Assembly (NCBI GenBank): GCA_023476545.1
Contig: JAMCYP010000021.1
Location: 1-60,535 of the forward strand
Direction: 5' to 3'
DNA from: Candidatus Marsarchaeota archaeon
GTDB lineage: Archaea; Micrarchaeota; Micrarchaeia; Micrarchaeales; CABMGC01
Length of the DNA stretch: 60,535 nucleotides
Below the pieces are notes generated by a model, which was not told the origin of the DNA, did no database searches, and saw nothing but the letters and a program-made list of their open reading frames with translations. A program made the position numbers and the translations under genes. Positions 1-9,440 of the stretch are shown in pieces (the first letter of the stretch is position 1; each line of letters starts with the position of its first letter).

Positions 1-33
1 GCGGGTTCGAGAGTTCAAATCTCTCCCCCTGCC
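1..33 (+). tRNA. 3' part of a class-II tRNA, probably tRNA-Leu (truncated by window edge)
   Basis: End of a long variable arm (GCGGGTTC), T-arm GAGAG-TTCAAAT-CTCTC, acceptor 3' strand CCCCTGC; anticodon lies outside the window. Confidence 0.7.
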
Positions 34-72
34 CTCCGTAAGAGCTTTAAGCTTCATCTTGGATGAATAGGC

Positions 73-600
73 ATGGCAAGAGGCAGGAATGCAGCGCAAC
101 ACGCCACCACTTCGAAGATCCTGGTAGTCGTTGGCATACTTATCGCATACTCGTTCTTCGCAACGGTCGGGCTGCTCACACTCAACGGCCAGCTTGCGGC
201 TCCAGGAGTGATCAACCCCCTGATAAAGTTCTCGGTTGGATCTCCATCTTATGCAAACACGACGAACCTAAAGCGGGTGCCGCTGAACCAGACCTTCTGC
301 CCTGAGAACGCAACGATACAGAAAGTGTCCGCGGGGTACAACGCTTATCTCTACTACACCAACGTTACTCCGGGTCAGGTCTTCAGGTACAGCCTGATAT
401 ACAACACCTCGATCGGCGAGTTTGCCAGCGCCACTGTGCTGCCGCCATTCAAGCTGGTCTCATACAGCAACGCGATCCAGAGCCGCATGGACTGCCTCGG
501 CTATCCTGACGCGCACGGCAACGCCACTGTGATGATACAGGCGCCGAACTCCAGCTACTTCGGCCCCATCTACGCGTTCCTGTACTTCAACAGGAGATAG
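73..600 (+). CDS. hypothetical membrane-anchored/secreted protein
   Basis: 175 aa; N-terminal hydrophobic helix, several N-x-S/T sequons, TATA-like CTTTAA upstream. Confidence 0.7.
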   Translation: MARGRNAAQHATTSKILVVVGILIAYSFFATVGLLTLNGQLAAPGVINPLIKFSVGSPSYANTTNLKRVPLNQTFCPENATIQKVSAGYNAYLYYTNVTPGQVFRYSLIYNTSIGEFASATVLPPFKLVSYSNAIQSRMDCLGYPDAHGNATVMIQAPNSSYFGPIYAFLYFNRR

Positions 601-645
601 CGCCCAGATGCAGACTTATATAGGTTGAAAAGAGATAGGCTCACC

Positions 646-1365
646 ATGCCAAGCAACACAAGCCCAAGCATAAGCGTCATCATTCCCACGTACAACGAGG
701 AGAAGTACATAAGGAACGTGTTCGACGGCCTTCGCGATCAGACCTTCCGCAGCTTCGAGACGATAATCGTCGACTGGAACAGCAAGGACTCCACCAGGGA
801 GATAGCTAAGCAGTATGGCGCTAGGGTGCTTGTCGAGAAGGGCAAGGGCATAGGAAGGGCAAGGAACAGGGGCGCCGAGGCTGCCCGAGGCAATCTGCTC
901 GTCTTCCTCGACGCGGACACAAGGCCGCAGAGCGGACTGCTTAAGGCGTATGCCGCTGCGTTCGCTTCCGGAAGGATTGTCGCCGCCACCGGCCCCATAC
1001 TCCCGCTGGAGAAGACAAGCAAGAGGATACGCGCAGGGTACAAGTTCGTCTCTGTACTCTTCGTGAAGGTGTCGATACTCATGGGCCAGCCGTCAATAGT
1101 GGGCTCGAACTTCGCCGTCAGAAAGGACGCGTTCAGGAAGGTAGGCGGCTTCGACGAGAGGTACATGACGCACGAGGACTACGACCTCTCTCTAAGGCTG
1201 AAGAAGGCGGGCAGGATAGTGTACGTAAACGATGCCGTCGTGCACGCGAGCATCCGCCGCGTCAAGGCGTGGGGCGTCTTCGGCTACTTCACCTACCACA
1301 CCGGCAACATGTTTAGATACCACCTCCTGAGGAAGCCGAAGGAGGAGTACGACCCTATACGCTGA
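646..1365 (+). CDS. glycosyltransferase family 2
   Basis: SVIIPTYNEE, ARNRGA, FLDAD, GGFDE, HEDYDL motifs; ATG at 646. Confidence 0.93.
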   Translation: MPSNTSPSISVIIPTYNEEKYIRNVFDGLRDQTFRSFETIIVDWNSKDSTREIAKQYGARVLVEKGKGIGRARNRGAEAARGNLLVFLDADTRPQSGLLKAYAAAFASGRIVAATGPILPLEKTSKRIRAGYKFVSVLFVKVSILMGQPSIVGSNFAVRKDAFRKVGGFDERYMTHEDYDLSLRLKKAGRIVYVNDAVVHASIRRVKAWGVFGYFTYHTGNMFRYHLLRKPKEEYDPIR

Positions 1366-1469
1366 ATTGCCTCGTGAAAGCACTCAGCAAGCATTATAAA
1401 CTTTTTCAACAAATAGCATATGAGCTCTTTATTAAGACCCACAGCGAATAATGTGCGCTAGCTGATCCA

Positions 1470-1652
1470 ATGGAGTATACTAAATTTGAGAAGGCGAGGA
1501 TTGTAGGCGCGAGAGCGCTGCAGCTCGCCTACGGGGCCCCGCCCCTGATAAAGGTGCCCGAGGGCGTGGCGGATCCGCTCGCCCTGGCAGAGCTGGAGTT
1601 CAAGGAAGACGTAATACCGATAGCTGTAGTCAGGGGCAAGGTGCAGAAGTGA
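1470..1652 (+). CDS. rpoK: DNA-directed RNA polymerase subunit K (Rpo6)
   Basis: [22 protein letters not shown] signature. Confidence 0.97.
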   Translation: MEYTKFEKARIVGARALQLAYGAPPLIKVPEGVADPLALAELEFKEDVIPIAVVRGKVQK

Positions 1653-3091
1653 TGGAGCAGAGCTACGACGTCATAGTAGCGGGCGCGGGCATGGCCGGCG
1701 CTCTGGCCGCGATCTCCGCCGCGAAGGGCGGCACAAAGGTTCTGCTTCTTGACAGGAACGATCAGCAGGAAGCGGGCAAGAAGACCAACTGGGGATGGGT
1801 CTGCGGCGACGCTGTCGCAAAGGCACACATAGATTTCATAGAGAAGGAGACGGGCATAAGGCTGGGCGAGCCGGAGCTTGACCACAAGGTCGACGGCGTA
1901 TACGTTCTCAGCCCGGACATGAAGAACAAGTTCATGTTCGAGGGAGCCGGCTACACGCTGGACAGGCCCAAGTACGCAAGGAGGATGGTGCAGGAGGCCA
2001 TCAAACTCGGCGTCGACTACAAGCCCAGACACGAGGTCGAGGGACCCGTCGTAGAGAACGGCGAACTCGTCGGAGTGTTCGGAAAGGACGACAAGACGCA
2101 GCACTATGAGGTACGCGCCAAGATAATCATCGACTGCCTGGGCATGGCGAGCACGCTGAGGAGGAGGCTCCCGCCTAACGAGTTCATAGAGAAGGACGTT
2201 AGCACCGAAGACATAGAGTCTACCGGCAGGTACATAGCGAGGTTTGACCATGTCAGCGAGGACCTCAACTACTACGATCCGAACAACGCGATAATACATT
2301 TGAACCAGCAGCTCGCACCTGGAGGCTACGGCTGGGTCTTCCCCAAGAGCGACGGCAAGATAAACATAGGAATAGGGGTGGAGAAGAAGAGCCTTGATAA
2401 GCGCAACGCGAAGATGGGCAAGACCGACACGCTGCACAAGCTCATAGACGAGTACGTGGCGTGGAACCCGGTGCTGAAGAACATGAAGGTTGACGAGACC
2501 GACCGCAACGGCAAGGGCTACTGGTCAGTGGCGGTGCGCAGGCAGTTCGACAGCCTTGTATACAAGAACTACCTCGGCGCCGGAGACACGATGACGATGC
2601 CGAACCCGATAAGCGCGGGAGGAATAGGCCCTGCTATGGTCGCTGGCATACTTGCAGGTCAGACCGCAGCGGAGGCTGTTGCGGCAAATGACACAAGCAT
2701 GGACTTCCTGTGGAAGTACAACATCAGATTCAACGACGCATACGGAAACAAGACCGCAGGGCTCGAGGTCTTCAGGATCTATCTGCAGAGCCTGAACAAC
2801 GACCTGATCAACTACGGCATGAGCCACTTCCTATCGAAGAAGGAGGCGGAGGCGATGAGCTACGGACTCGTGCCTGAGATAGGCATCGCAAGCACGTTCC
2901 AGAAGGTGCTGAGCGGAATTGCAAACATGAACGCTTTCAAGAACCTGCTCTACGCCCACGGGGCTATGAAGAGGCTGATAGAGGTGTACAAGAAGTACCC
3001 CGCGGGCCCGAACGAGTTCAAGAACTGGAAGGGCATAGTTGCAAAGGAGATCTCGGAAGCGAAGGCAAAGTTCCCCGCGAATCCGGTGTAG
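1652..3091 (+). CDS. geranylgeranyl reductase-family FAD oxidoreductase
   Basis: GAGMAG FAD-binding motif, CGDA, PGGYGWVFPK, AGD...NPISAGGI. Confidence 0.85.
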   Translation: MEQSYDVIVAGAGMAGALAAISAAKGGTKVLLLDRNDQQEAGKKTNWGWVCGDAVAKAHIDFIEKETGIRLGEPELDHKVDGVYVLSPDMKNKFMFEGAGYTLDRPKYARRMVQEAIKLGVDYKPRHEVEGPVVENGELVGVFGKDDKTQHYEVRAKIIIDCLGMASTLRRRLPPNEFIEKDVSTEDIESTGRYIARFDHVSEDLNYYDPNNAIIHLNQQLAPGGYGWVFPKSDGKINIGIGVEKKSLDKRNAKMGKTDTLHKLIDEYVAWNPVLKNMKVDETDRNGKGYWSVAVRRQFDSLVYKNYLGAGDTMTMPNPISAGGIGPAMVAGILAGQTAAEAVAANDTSMDFLWKYNIRFNDAYGNKTAGLEVFRIYLQSLNNDLINYGMSHFLSKKEAEAMSYGLVPEIGIASTFQKVLSGIANMNAFKNLLYAHGAMKRLIEVYKKYPAGPNEFKNWKGIVAKEISEAKAKFPANPV

Positions 3092-3105
3092 ACGCTCTCA
3101 TCTTC

Positions 3106-3846
3106 TTACATGTCGGCTGACATGAGGTCCTTTACCCTGCCGATCAGCGAGCCATCCATTCCGTAGACGTCCGCCTTTCCAAACTCGAAGACATCGTTCT
3201 TGAACATCGGCAGGTAGAGCTTCGTCTTCGGGCTGAGGGCGCTGCCAGTTATGAGGCTGTTGAACGAAGGCGCCGCGACAAGTTTCACTGCTCTGTTGTA
3301 GCGCGCATACTTCTTCGACGCCTTGGCTGTGACCTTTGAGACGATCCATATCTTCTCCAGCGAGTCGTTGTTCCTGAGCGCGTAGTGCCCGTGACCCACA
3401 ACCACATACCTCTCCATCATCGCGGCACTGGAGGGCCACGAGTTGCCATGCGTCAACGCCACGCCCCCGATTATCATCTCGCTTTCGACAGGTATCTTGA
3501 AGCCCATGTTGGAAAGCACCCGCCCAATCCCTCCATCGTGGTTTCCGCGGACCACGCAGGTATCTGCGCCGGCTATGCTCTCAAAGAACGTCTTGAGCTC
3601 GCGGTACTCGGCGAACTTCGGCGAGCCTATGCTCTCCTTCACGTCGCCCAGCAGGACCAACCTCCTTGCCTTCGCCTCCTTGTACGTTTCAAGCAGGCTT
3701 TCGGCCATGCGTTCCGTTGCGCGCTGGAAGTAGAAGCCCTTCTCCCTCAGCTTCAGGTGCATGCCTATGTGAAGGTCGCCGACAACGAGCGCGCGCTCCT
3801 TCCTGATCAGCAGCGCCGGCCTGCCTTTCACGAACGATACGAGCAT
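3106..3846 (-). CDS. calcineurin-like metallophosphoesterase
   Basis: GDLHIG, LGDVK, RGNHD, THG, GHGH motifs; likely start at MLVSFVKGRP. Confidence 0.88.
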   Translation of the reverse strand: MLVSFVKGRPALLIRKERALVVGDLHIGMHLKLREKGFYFQRATERMAESLLETYKEAKARRLVLLGDVKESIGSPKFAEYRELKTFFESIAGADTCVVRGNHDGGIGRVLSNMGFKIPVESEMIIGGVALTHGNSWPSSAAMMERYVVVGHGHYALRNNDSLEKIWIVSKVTAKASKKYARYNRAVKLVAAPSFNSLITGSALSPKTKLYLPMFKNDVFEFGKADVYGMDGSLIGRVKDLMSADM

Positions 3847-3904
3847 CAACCTCTCATTCTCAAAGCAGTTTATTATACTTGACAGCCGAATACAGCAAGA
3901 GCGC

Positions 3905-4975
3905 ATGGCAGACGCCTTAAAGATCGCAAGGATATGGGGCATAGACATAGACCTGCACTGGACCTTCATAGCGCTGCTGCTCGTAACGCTGTACATAAGC
4001 ATATACAGCAGCCTCATCCTCTTCGTAATAATAGTGCTGCTCTTCGTCTGCGTGCTGGTGCATGAGCTTGCGCACTCGTTCGTCTCGCTCAGGAACGGCA
4101 TACCGGTCAGCAGGATAATGCTGCTGCCCCTCGGCGGCGTCTCGATCATAGACCTGGCCAACATAGACCCCAGGGTGGAGTTCAACATAGCCATAGCCGG
4201 GCCGCTGATGAGCTTCCTGCTCGGCGCGGTCTTCGGCTTACTTTCGGTGCTGTCGCCTATCGGGCCGGTAACAAGCCTGCTGCAGACGCTCTTCCTGCTC
4301 AACATCCTCCTCGGCGGATTCAACCTGCTGCCAGCATTTCCGACCGACGGAGGGCGCGTATTCAGGAGCTACCTTGAGAGGAAGCACGACGAGTACGTGG
4401 CGACCGAGCTGACGGTCAAGGCGAGCAACATAATCCTCGGGCTCTTCGTGCTGGGAACCGTGGCATACGTGCTGCTGATAGACGCGCCCTTCTACTCCAA
4501 GGAGTTCATCTTCCTCTGGAACCTGCTCATAGTCTTCTTCCTCTACGGCGGCGCCCGCCAGGAGAAGCAGATGATGGAGATAAAGAGAAGGTCGCGGGGC
4601 ATAAAGCTGGGCACTCTGGCCACCAGGCACTTCGCGCTCGTCAAGCCGGAGAGCAACGTCAAGGAGATGTACGACAAGGTGAGGCTTAGCAAGGAGCACC
4701 TGCTCATAACCAAACTCAGGGGAGGGACCTACGCGTACATCAACCTTCTCGGCAAGACCGCGCTGCGCCCAGGCGCGTTGGCGGGCGACGTTGCAGTCAA
4801 GATACCCAGCGTAGATTCCGGAGAGAACATAGTCGACGCGCTAGAGACCATGGAGTCTAACGAAGCTGGGATAGCGGCGGTGACGCGACGCGGAAAACTG
4901 GTCGGGATAGTTACCATATCGCACATCCAGGCGTTCCTCTCGCTGCACGCGCTGAGGGCCCAGAGCCAAAAGTAA
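3905..4975 (+). CDS. site-2 protease (peptidase M50) with C-terminal CBS domain
   Basis: HELAH, AGP, FNLLPAFPTDGG, C-terminal KLVGIVT. Confidence 0.93.
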   Translation: MADALKIARIWGIDIDLHWTFIALLLVTLYISIYSSLILFVIIVLLFVCVLVHELAHSFVSLRNGIPVSRIMLLPLGGVSIIDLANIDPRVEFNIAIAGPLMSFLLGAVFGLLSVLSPIGPVTSLLQTLFLLNILLGGFNLLPAFPTDGGRVFRSYLERKHDEYVATELTVKASNIILGLFVLGTVAYVLLIDAPFYSKEFIFLWNLLIVFFLYGGARQEKQMMEIKRRSRGIKLGTLATRHFALVKPESNVKEMYDKVRLSKEHLLITKLRGGTYAYINLLGKTALRPGALAGDVAVKIPSVDSGENIVDALETMESNEAGIAAVTRRGKLVGIVTISHIQAFLSLHALRAQSQK

Positions 4976-5019
4976 TTTAAATCCTCTTTCTCCACTGGAT
5001 AGTGCGACCAGTGGTATTA

Positions 5020-8000
5020 GTGCTCTACCTCAAATCCATGAGCATAGACAAGTTTAAGTCATTCAAGCACATTAGCGTTATTTTCAACAAGGGCTTCAAC
5101 TGCGTAGTCGGGCCCAACGGCAGCGGAAAGAGCAACATAGTAGATGCGCTGCTCTTTTCTCTAGGTGAGAACTCGCTGCGCAGACTCAGGGTCGACCGCC
5201 TGCAGTATCTTATACGCGAAGGATCGAGCCGCGGCTCCTCAAGCCTGTCAAAGGCGCACGTGAAGATAGAGCTGGATGGCGACGAGAAGTTCGAGATAAC
5301 GAGAGGCATACGCGCTGACGGCAAGACGGTATACAGGCTCAACGGCAAGCGCATGACCCGACAGGATGTCATAGAGGTGCTCAAGAAGCACATGGTGCAC
5401 ATAGACGAGACCAGCACCATAGCTCAGGGCGAGATCAACAAGATAATCGAGGCGAACGCCAAGCAGCGCAGAGAGTTCATAGACATAGCTGCTGGCATAC
5501 AGGAGTTCGAGTACAAGAAGAAGGAGGCGATGTCCGAGCTTGAGAAGGTGGGAGTAAGGGTGAGCACCGCGCAGGCGATGCTCAACGAGAGGCTCTCGTT
5601 CCTGAACGAGCTTGCAAAGGAGAAGGATGCAGCGGAGAGCTACCTGACGATGAGCAAGAGGCTTAAGGCGCTCAACTACAGCATACTCATCAGGAAGCAG
5701 AAGGCGTCGCAGCTCTCGCTTGACGGCTACGCCAAGGAGATAGCGAAGCTTGAGGGAGAGAAGAAGGCGGTGGAGGCGAAGCTGGCCGAGTACTCCGGCA
5801 AGATATCCGCGCTGTCAGAGGAGAGGCAGAAGATATCGGACATGCTCACCAACAACACCAGCGCGCTCGACGGCGTCAACAAGAAGCTCGGGTATGTGAG
5901 CAACGAGCTCAGCGCGCTGGAGGTCAAGATGACAAACGGCACGTCAACGATCGAGGAGACGGAGGGGCAGATATCCGCGCTTACGGCGGAGACGAAGGCA
6001 GCAGCGGATCAGATCAGGGCAGACGCGGAGGAGGCGGCTGGCATAAGGTCAAAGCTGGGCGAGCTTGAGGCGCAGGCGAAGAAGCTCGGCGTCTCTGGCG
6101 GTCCGGGCGAGTCCGGGAAGAGGGTCAAGGAGCTAGACGTGTCGATATCCGCGCTTGAGAAGGATTTTGCACAGGCGCAGGAGAAGTTCTCAAGGCTGCA
6201 GACGGAGAAGACGCTCACAGATTCAAAGAAGGTCGACGCTGCAGGCAGCGTCTCCAAGCTTGCGAAGCAGATAGAGGAGGAGATGGCTGCCGCGAAGGAG
6301 ATGGAGAAGAAGGCGCAGGCAGAGAAGTCAAAGAAGGAGCGCGCGGAGAAGGCATCGGTGGAGCTCCAGTCACGGGCAGAGGAGCTCAGGGAGACGCTCT
6401 CCGGACTGGACAGCCAGATAATCACGCTCAAGGAGCAGAGGGCTGCAAGCCACTCCCGCGACGGGGCCATGCAGGGCAAGCTGAAGGCGGCATTCGCCGA
6501 CTCTCCCGGATTCTTCGGAACCGTGGCTGACCTCTGCACATACGATGGCAAGAACGCCGAGGCTGTGGAGTCTGCCGCAGGTTCGAGGTTCAACTACTTC
6601 GTTGTGGACAGCATCGAGACCGCGAACGAGATGATACAGTACCTGAGGAAGCAGAACCTGGGCCGCGCCACGTTCATGCCCCTGCGCGAGCTGCGCGTTG
6701 AGACCGAGTCGAAGGAGAAGGGGCTGCAGCACCTGACCAGCCTGCTGAAGTACGACTCAAAGTTCGCGAAGGTCTTCGAGTACATATTCAGCAACACGTA
6801 CCTTGTCAACGATGTTGACGAGGCCAAGTCGATAGGCATAGGCAGGCACAGGTACGTGACCGCATCAGGCGAGCTCGTGGAGCGGGCGGGCATAGTGTCC
6901 GGAGGCTCAAGGGCTAAGGTGCTCTCGATCGCAAGCATAGAGAAGAAGCTAAAGGAACTCGAGTCGGCAAGGACTGGCGCGTTCTCAGAGGCTCGCGACA
7001 TAGACTCAAGGCACTTCAACAGCAGGAAGGAGGTGGCGGAAGCTGACATAGCGTTCGCCGCAGCCAACTCATCCATACAGGAGTACAACACGCGCATAAA
7101 GGAGCTCGGCAGGCAGAAGTCTGAGATCGAGTCCTCGCTCAGCGCTTCCGATAAGGAAACGGTAAAGGCGGTGTCTGAGCTCGAGTCCTTGGGCAGAAAG
7201 GCGGCCCAGCTCGCCAAGGAGCTGGAGCAGAAGAAGCAGGAGCGCAGCGTCGCCTACAACGAGTCGCTTGAAGCGGCGCAGAAGGGCATGAGCAAGGAGG
7301 CCGCTGACAGACTCTCATCGGTCAACAAGGAGATCGAGGCGGCGAAGATAAGGCTCGCGGAGATACAGCAGCAGGACAAGATGCTCAACGGAACCTCGCA
7401 GCAGAAAGGCAGGGAGCTTGCGGAGAGGAACTCGCTGCTCGAGAAGAGCAGGAAGGCGCAGGCGGAGTACGTTAAGAGAAAGACGGAACTGCAGAAGGAG
7501 CAGGTGCAGATAGAGAGCAGGATGAAGAAGAGCAGCAAGAGCAACAAGGAGGCGCTGGAGAGGCAGGACTCCATAGCAAAGGAGCTGGAGAAGCTCATCA
7601 CAGAGCAGGCCGGGCAGAACGCGAGGTCAGAGGGCGTGGAGAAGCAGGCGAACGACGTGCGCGTGAGGCAGGGCCAGGTCGAGATGAGGCTCAACGACAT
7701 AGCTGCGGAGCTTACCGCCTACGGCAACGCGCAGCCAGAACTCCTCAACGAGGACGTGGAGAAGATGGAGAAGGAGTCGGGAGTGCTCGCCACGAAGATA
7801 GAGGCCCTTGGCAACGTAAACCTCAAGGCGCCGGAGGCGTACGACGAGAAGGCGCAGAGCGTCAACGAGGCCACAGTCAAGGTCAACACCCTCGAGGGCG
7901 AGAAGAAGGCGGTGCTTGCCATGATAGAGGAGATAGACTCGAAGAAGCTCAACGCTTTCATAACCACTTTCAACGAGGTGAGCAAGAACTTCAGCAAGCT

Positions 8001-8406
8001 CTACAACTACATCTACCCGGGCAAGGCCAGGATAGAGCTCGATGACGTCAACAACCCGCTTAACACGGGCCTGAGCATAAAGATAGAGGACCCGAATTTC
8101 GTCGGCCACACACGCGGCCTCTCCGGCGGGCAGAAGTCCCTCATCTCCCTGATGCTCCTCTTCTCGATACACATGTGCAAGCCGTCTAGCATTTACCTCT
8201 TCGACGAGATAGACACCGCGCTTGACAAAGAGAACTCGCAGAAGCTGTCGCAGCTGATAAAGCAGATGGCAAAGGAGGCGCAGTTCATAGTGGTGAGCCA
8301 CAACGACTCGCTGATAGTCAATGCCGATGTGGCCGTAGGCGTCACGAAGAGCGGCGGCGACTCCCAAGTGTATGGCATAGAAATATCAAACGTTAGTAAG
8401 CAATAG
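5020..8406 (+). CDS. smc: chromosome segregation protein SMC
   Basis: Walker A GPNGSGKS, long coiled coils, hinge GRATF/ASGELVERAG, LSGGQ signature, FDEID. Confidence 0.96.
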   Translation: MLYLKSMSIDKFKSFKHISVIFNKGFNCVVGPNGSGKSNIVDALLFSLGENSLRRLRVDRLQYLIREGSSRGSSSLSKAHVKIELDGDEKFEITRGIRADGKTVYRLNGKRMTRQDVIEVLKKHMVHIDETSTIAQGEINKIIEANAKQRREFIDIAAGIQEFEYKKKEAMSELEKVGVRVSTAQAMLNERLSFLNELAKEKDAAESYLTMSKRLKALNYSILIRKQKASQLSLDGYAKEIAKLEGEKKAVEAKLAEYSGKISALSEERQKISDMLTNNTSALDGVNKKLGYVSNELSALEVKMTNGTSTIEETEGQISALTAETKAAADQIRADAEEAAGIRSKLGELEAQAKKLGVSGGPGESGKRVKELDVSISALEKDFAQAQEKFSRLQTEKTLTDSKKVDAAGSVSKLAKQIEEEMAAAKEMEKKAQAEKSKKERAEKASVELQSRAEELRETLSGLDSQIITLKEQRAASHSRDGAMQGKLKAAFADSPGFFGTVADLCTYDGKNAEAVESAAGSRFNYFVVDSIETANEMIQYLRKQNLGRATFMPLRELRVETESKEKGLQHLTSLLKYDSKFAKVFEYIFSNTYLVNDVDEAKSIGIGRHRYVTASGELVERAGIVSGGSRAKVLSIASIEKKLKELESARTGAFSEARDIDSRHFNSRKEVAEADIAFAAANSSIQEYNTRIKELGRQKSEIESSLSASDKETVKAVSELESLGRKAAQLAKELEQKKQERSVAYNESLEAAQKGMSKEAADRLSSVNKEIEAAKIRLAEIQQQDKMLNGTSQQKGRELAERNSLLEKSRKAQAEYVKRKTELQKEQVQIESRMKKSSKSNKEALERQDSIAKELEKLITEQAGQNARSEGVEKQANDVRVRQGQVEMRLNDIAAELTAYGNAQPELLNEDVEKMEKESGVLATKIEALGNVNLKAPEAYDEKAQSVNEATVKVNTLEGEKKAVLAMIEEIDSKKLNAFITTFNEVSKNFSKLYNYIYPGKARIELDDVNNPLNTGLSIKIEDPNFVGHTRGLSGGQKSLISLMLLFSIHMCKPSSIYLFDEIDTALDKENSQKLSQLIKQMAKEAQFIVVSHNDSLIVNADVAVGVTKSGGDSQVYGIEISNVSKQ

Positions 8407-8420
8407 TACTGGTTGTTTCC

Positions 8421-9437
8421 TTGAAGGTTAGGAAGAAAAAGAAGGAGCCAAGCCTGTCATGGCTCCTCTACATTCTCTTGGTGGCTCTGATCATAGTCTA
8501 CGCGCTGTACGGCAACATAGTCATAGGCGCTGTCGCATTCTTCCTGATAATAATCATACTTGTTTTCGAGGTCAAGACCAGCATAGCGACTGAGGGCACG
8601 AAGAAGAGCCTTGTCGACATAGGCGCGGCGGTGGGCGCCGCGATAGTCGTCTGGGTGCTGCTCATAGTTGTCCTGCAGACCCCGGCCCCCGTGGACGCGG
8701 TGTCGAGCTGCAGCATGCTTCCCGTCATGCACCGCGGAGACCTGGTGGTGCTTCACGGCATCGGCAACGTCTCGAGCTTCGCGGCACAGCACAACGTGCC
8801 CGTGATAAACGTCAGCAGGTCCGCATTCGACAAGATGGAGGGCAACATGTCCAACGAGTTCCTGGCATATTTCGCATACGCTGACAACGCGTCGAGAATC
8901 GCGTACGCGATAGCGAACAACACCACGTACAACGTCAGCCTCTACAACACGCTCTGCGCATCCCAGTACACGTACCTCAACCAGCCAGGCAAGATAGCCA
9001 CCTGCCAAGTCTCGGCGAAGGAGCAGGCCCGCAACCTGATACGATACAACTACTCGCTCGGCAGCATAAACATAGGCGGCCAGCTCTTCAAGGCCATATA
9101 CACATCGCAGATAAGCATAGGCAACACCACGCTCTCAGAGAACTACAGCAATCCCATAATCGTGTACAAGACCACCAGCCGCGACTCGTTCAGCGGGGAC
9201 ATAATACACAGGCTCTACGCCGTGCTCAACGTTAGCGGCGAGTACTACTTCCTCACAAAGGGCGACAACAACCAGGCGCTCGACATAGAGTTCGGCAACT
9301 ACCCCGCGAACCAGAGCGCGGTCCTCGGATATGTCATAGCGGACATACCTGTAGTGGGCTACGTAAAGCTGCTGCTGAGCGGCCAGATCGCCACTCCCGC
9401 AGGCTGCAACCAGACGCTGTCCACGAACCCTCCATAG
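8421..9437 (+). CDS. signal peptidase I (S26B, ER/archaeal type) with large internal insertion
   Basis: SCSMLP..HRGDLV (Ser), IIHR (His), TKGDNN; three N-terminal TM helices. Confidence 0.85.
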   Translation: MKVRKKKKEPSLSWLLYILLVALIIVYALYGNIVIGAVAFFLIIIILVFEVKTSIATEGTKKSLVDIGAAVGAAIVVWVLLIVVLQTPAPVDAVSSCSMLPVMHRGDLVVLHGIGNVSSFAAQHNVPVINVSRSAFDKMEGNMSNEFLAYFAYADNASRIAYAIANNTTYNVSLYNTLCASQYTYLNQPGKIATCQVSAKEQARNLIRYNYSLGSINIGGQLFKAIYTSQISIGNTTLSENYSNPIIVYKTTSRDSFSGDIIHRLYAVLNVSGEYYFLTKGDNNQALDIEFGNYPANQSAVLGYVIADIPVVGYVKLLLSGQIATPAGCNQTLSTNPP

Positions 9438-9440
9438 GAA

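Noticed and set aside
26-34. C rather than A at the discriminator position of the putative tRNA-Leu
   Set aside because: The gene is truncated and its identity is unconfirmed, so this cannot be interpreted.
3847-4323. N-terminal extension of the phosphoesterase ORF
   Set aside because: Antisense overlap with the M50 protease; family motifs begin after 3846.
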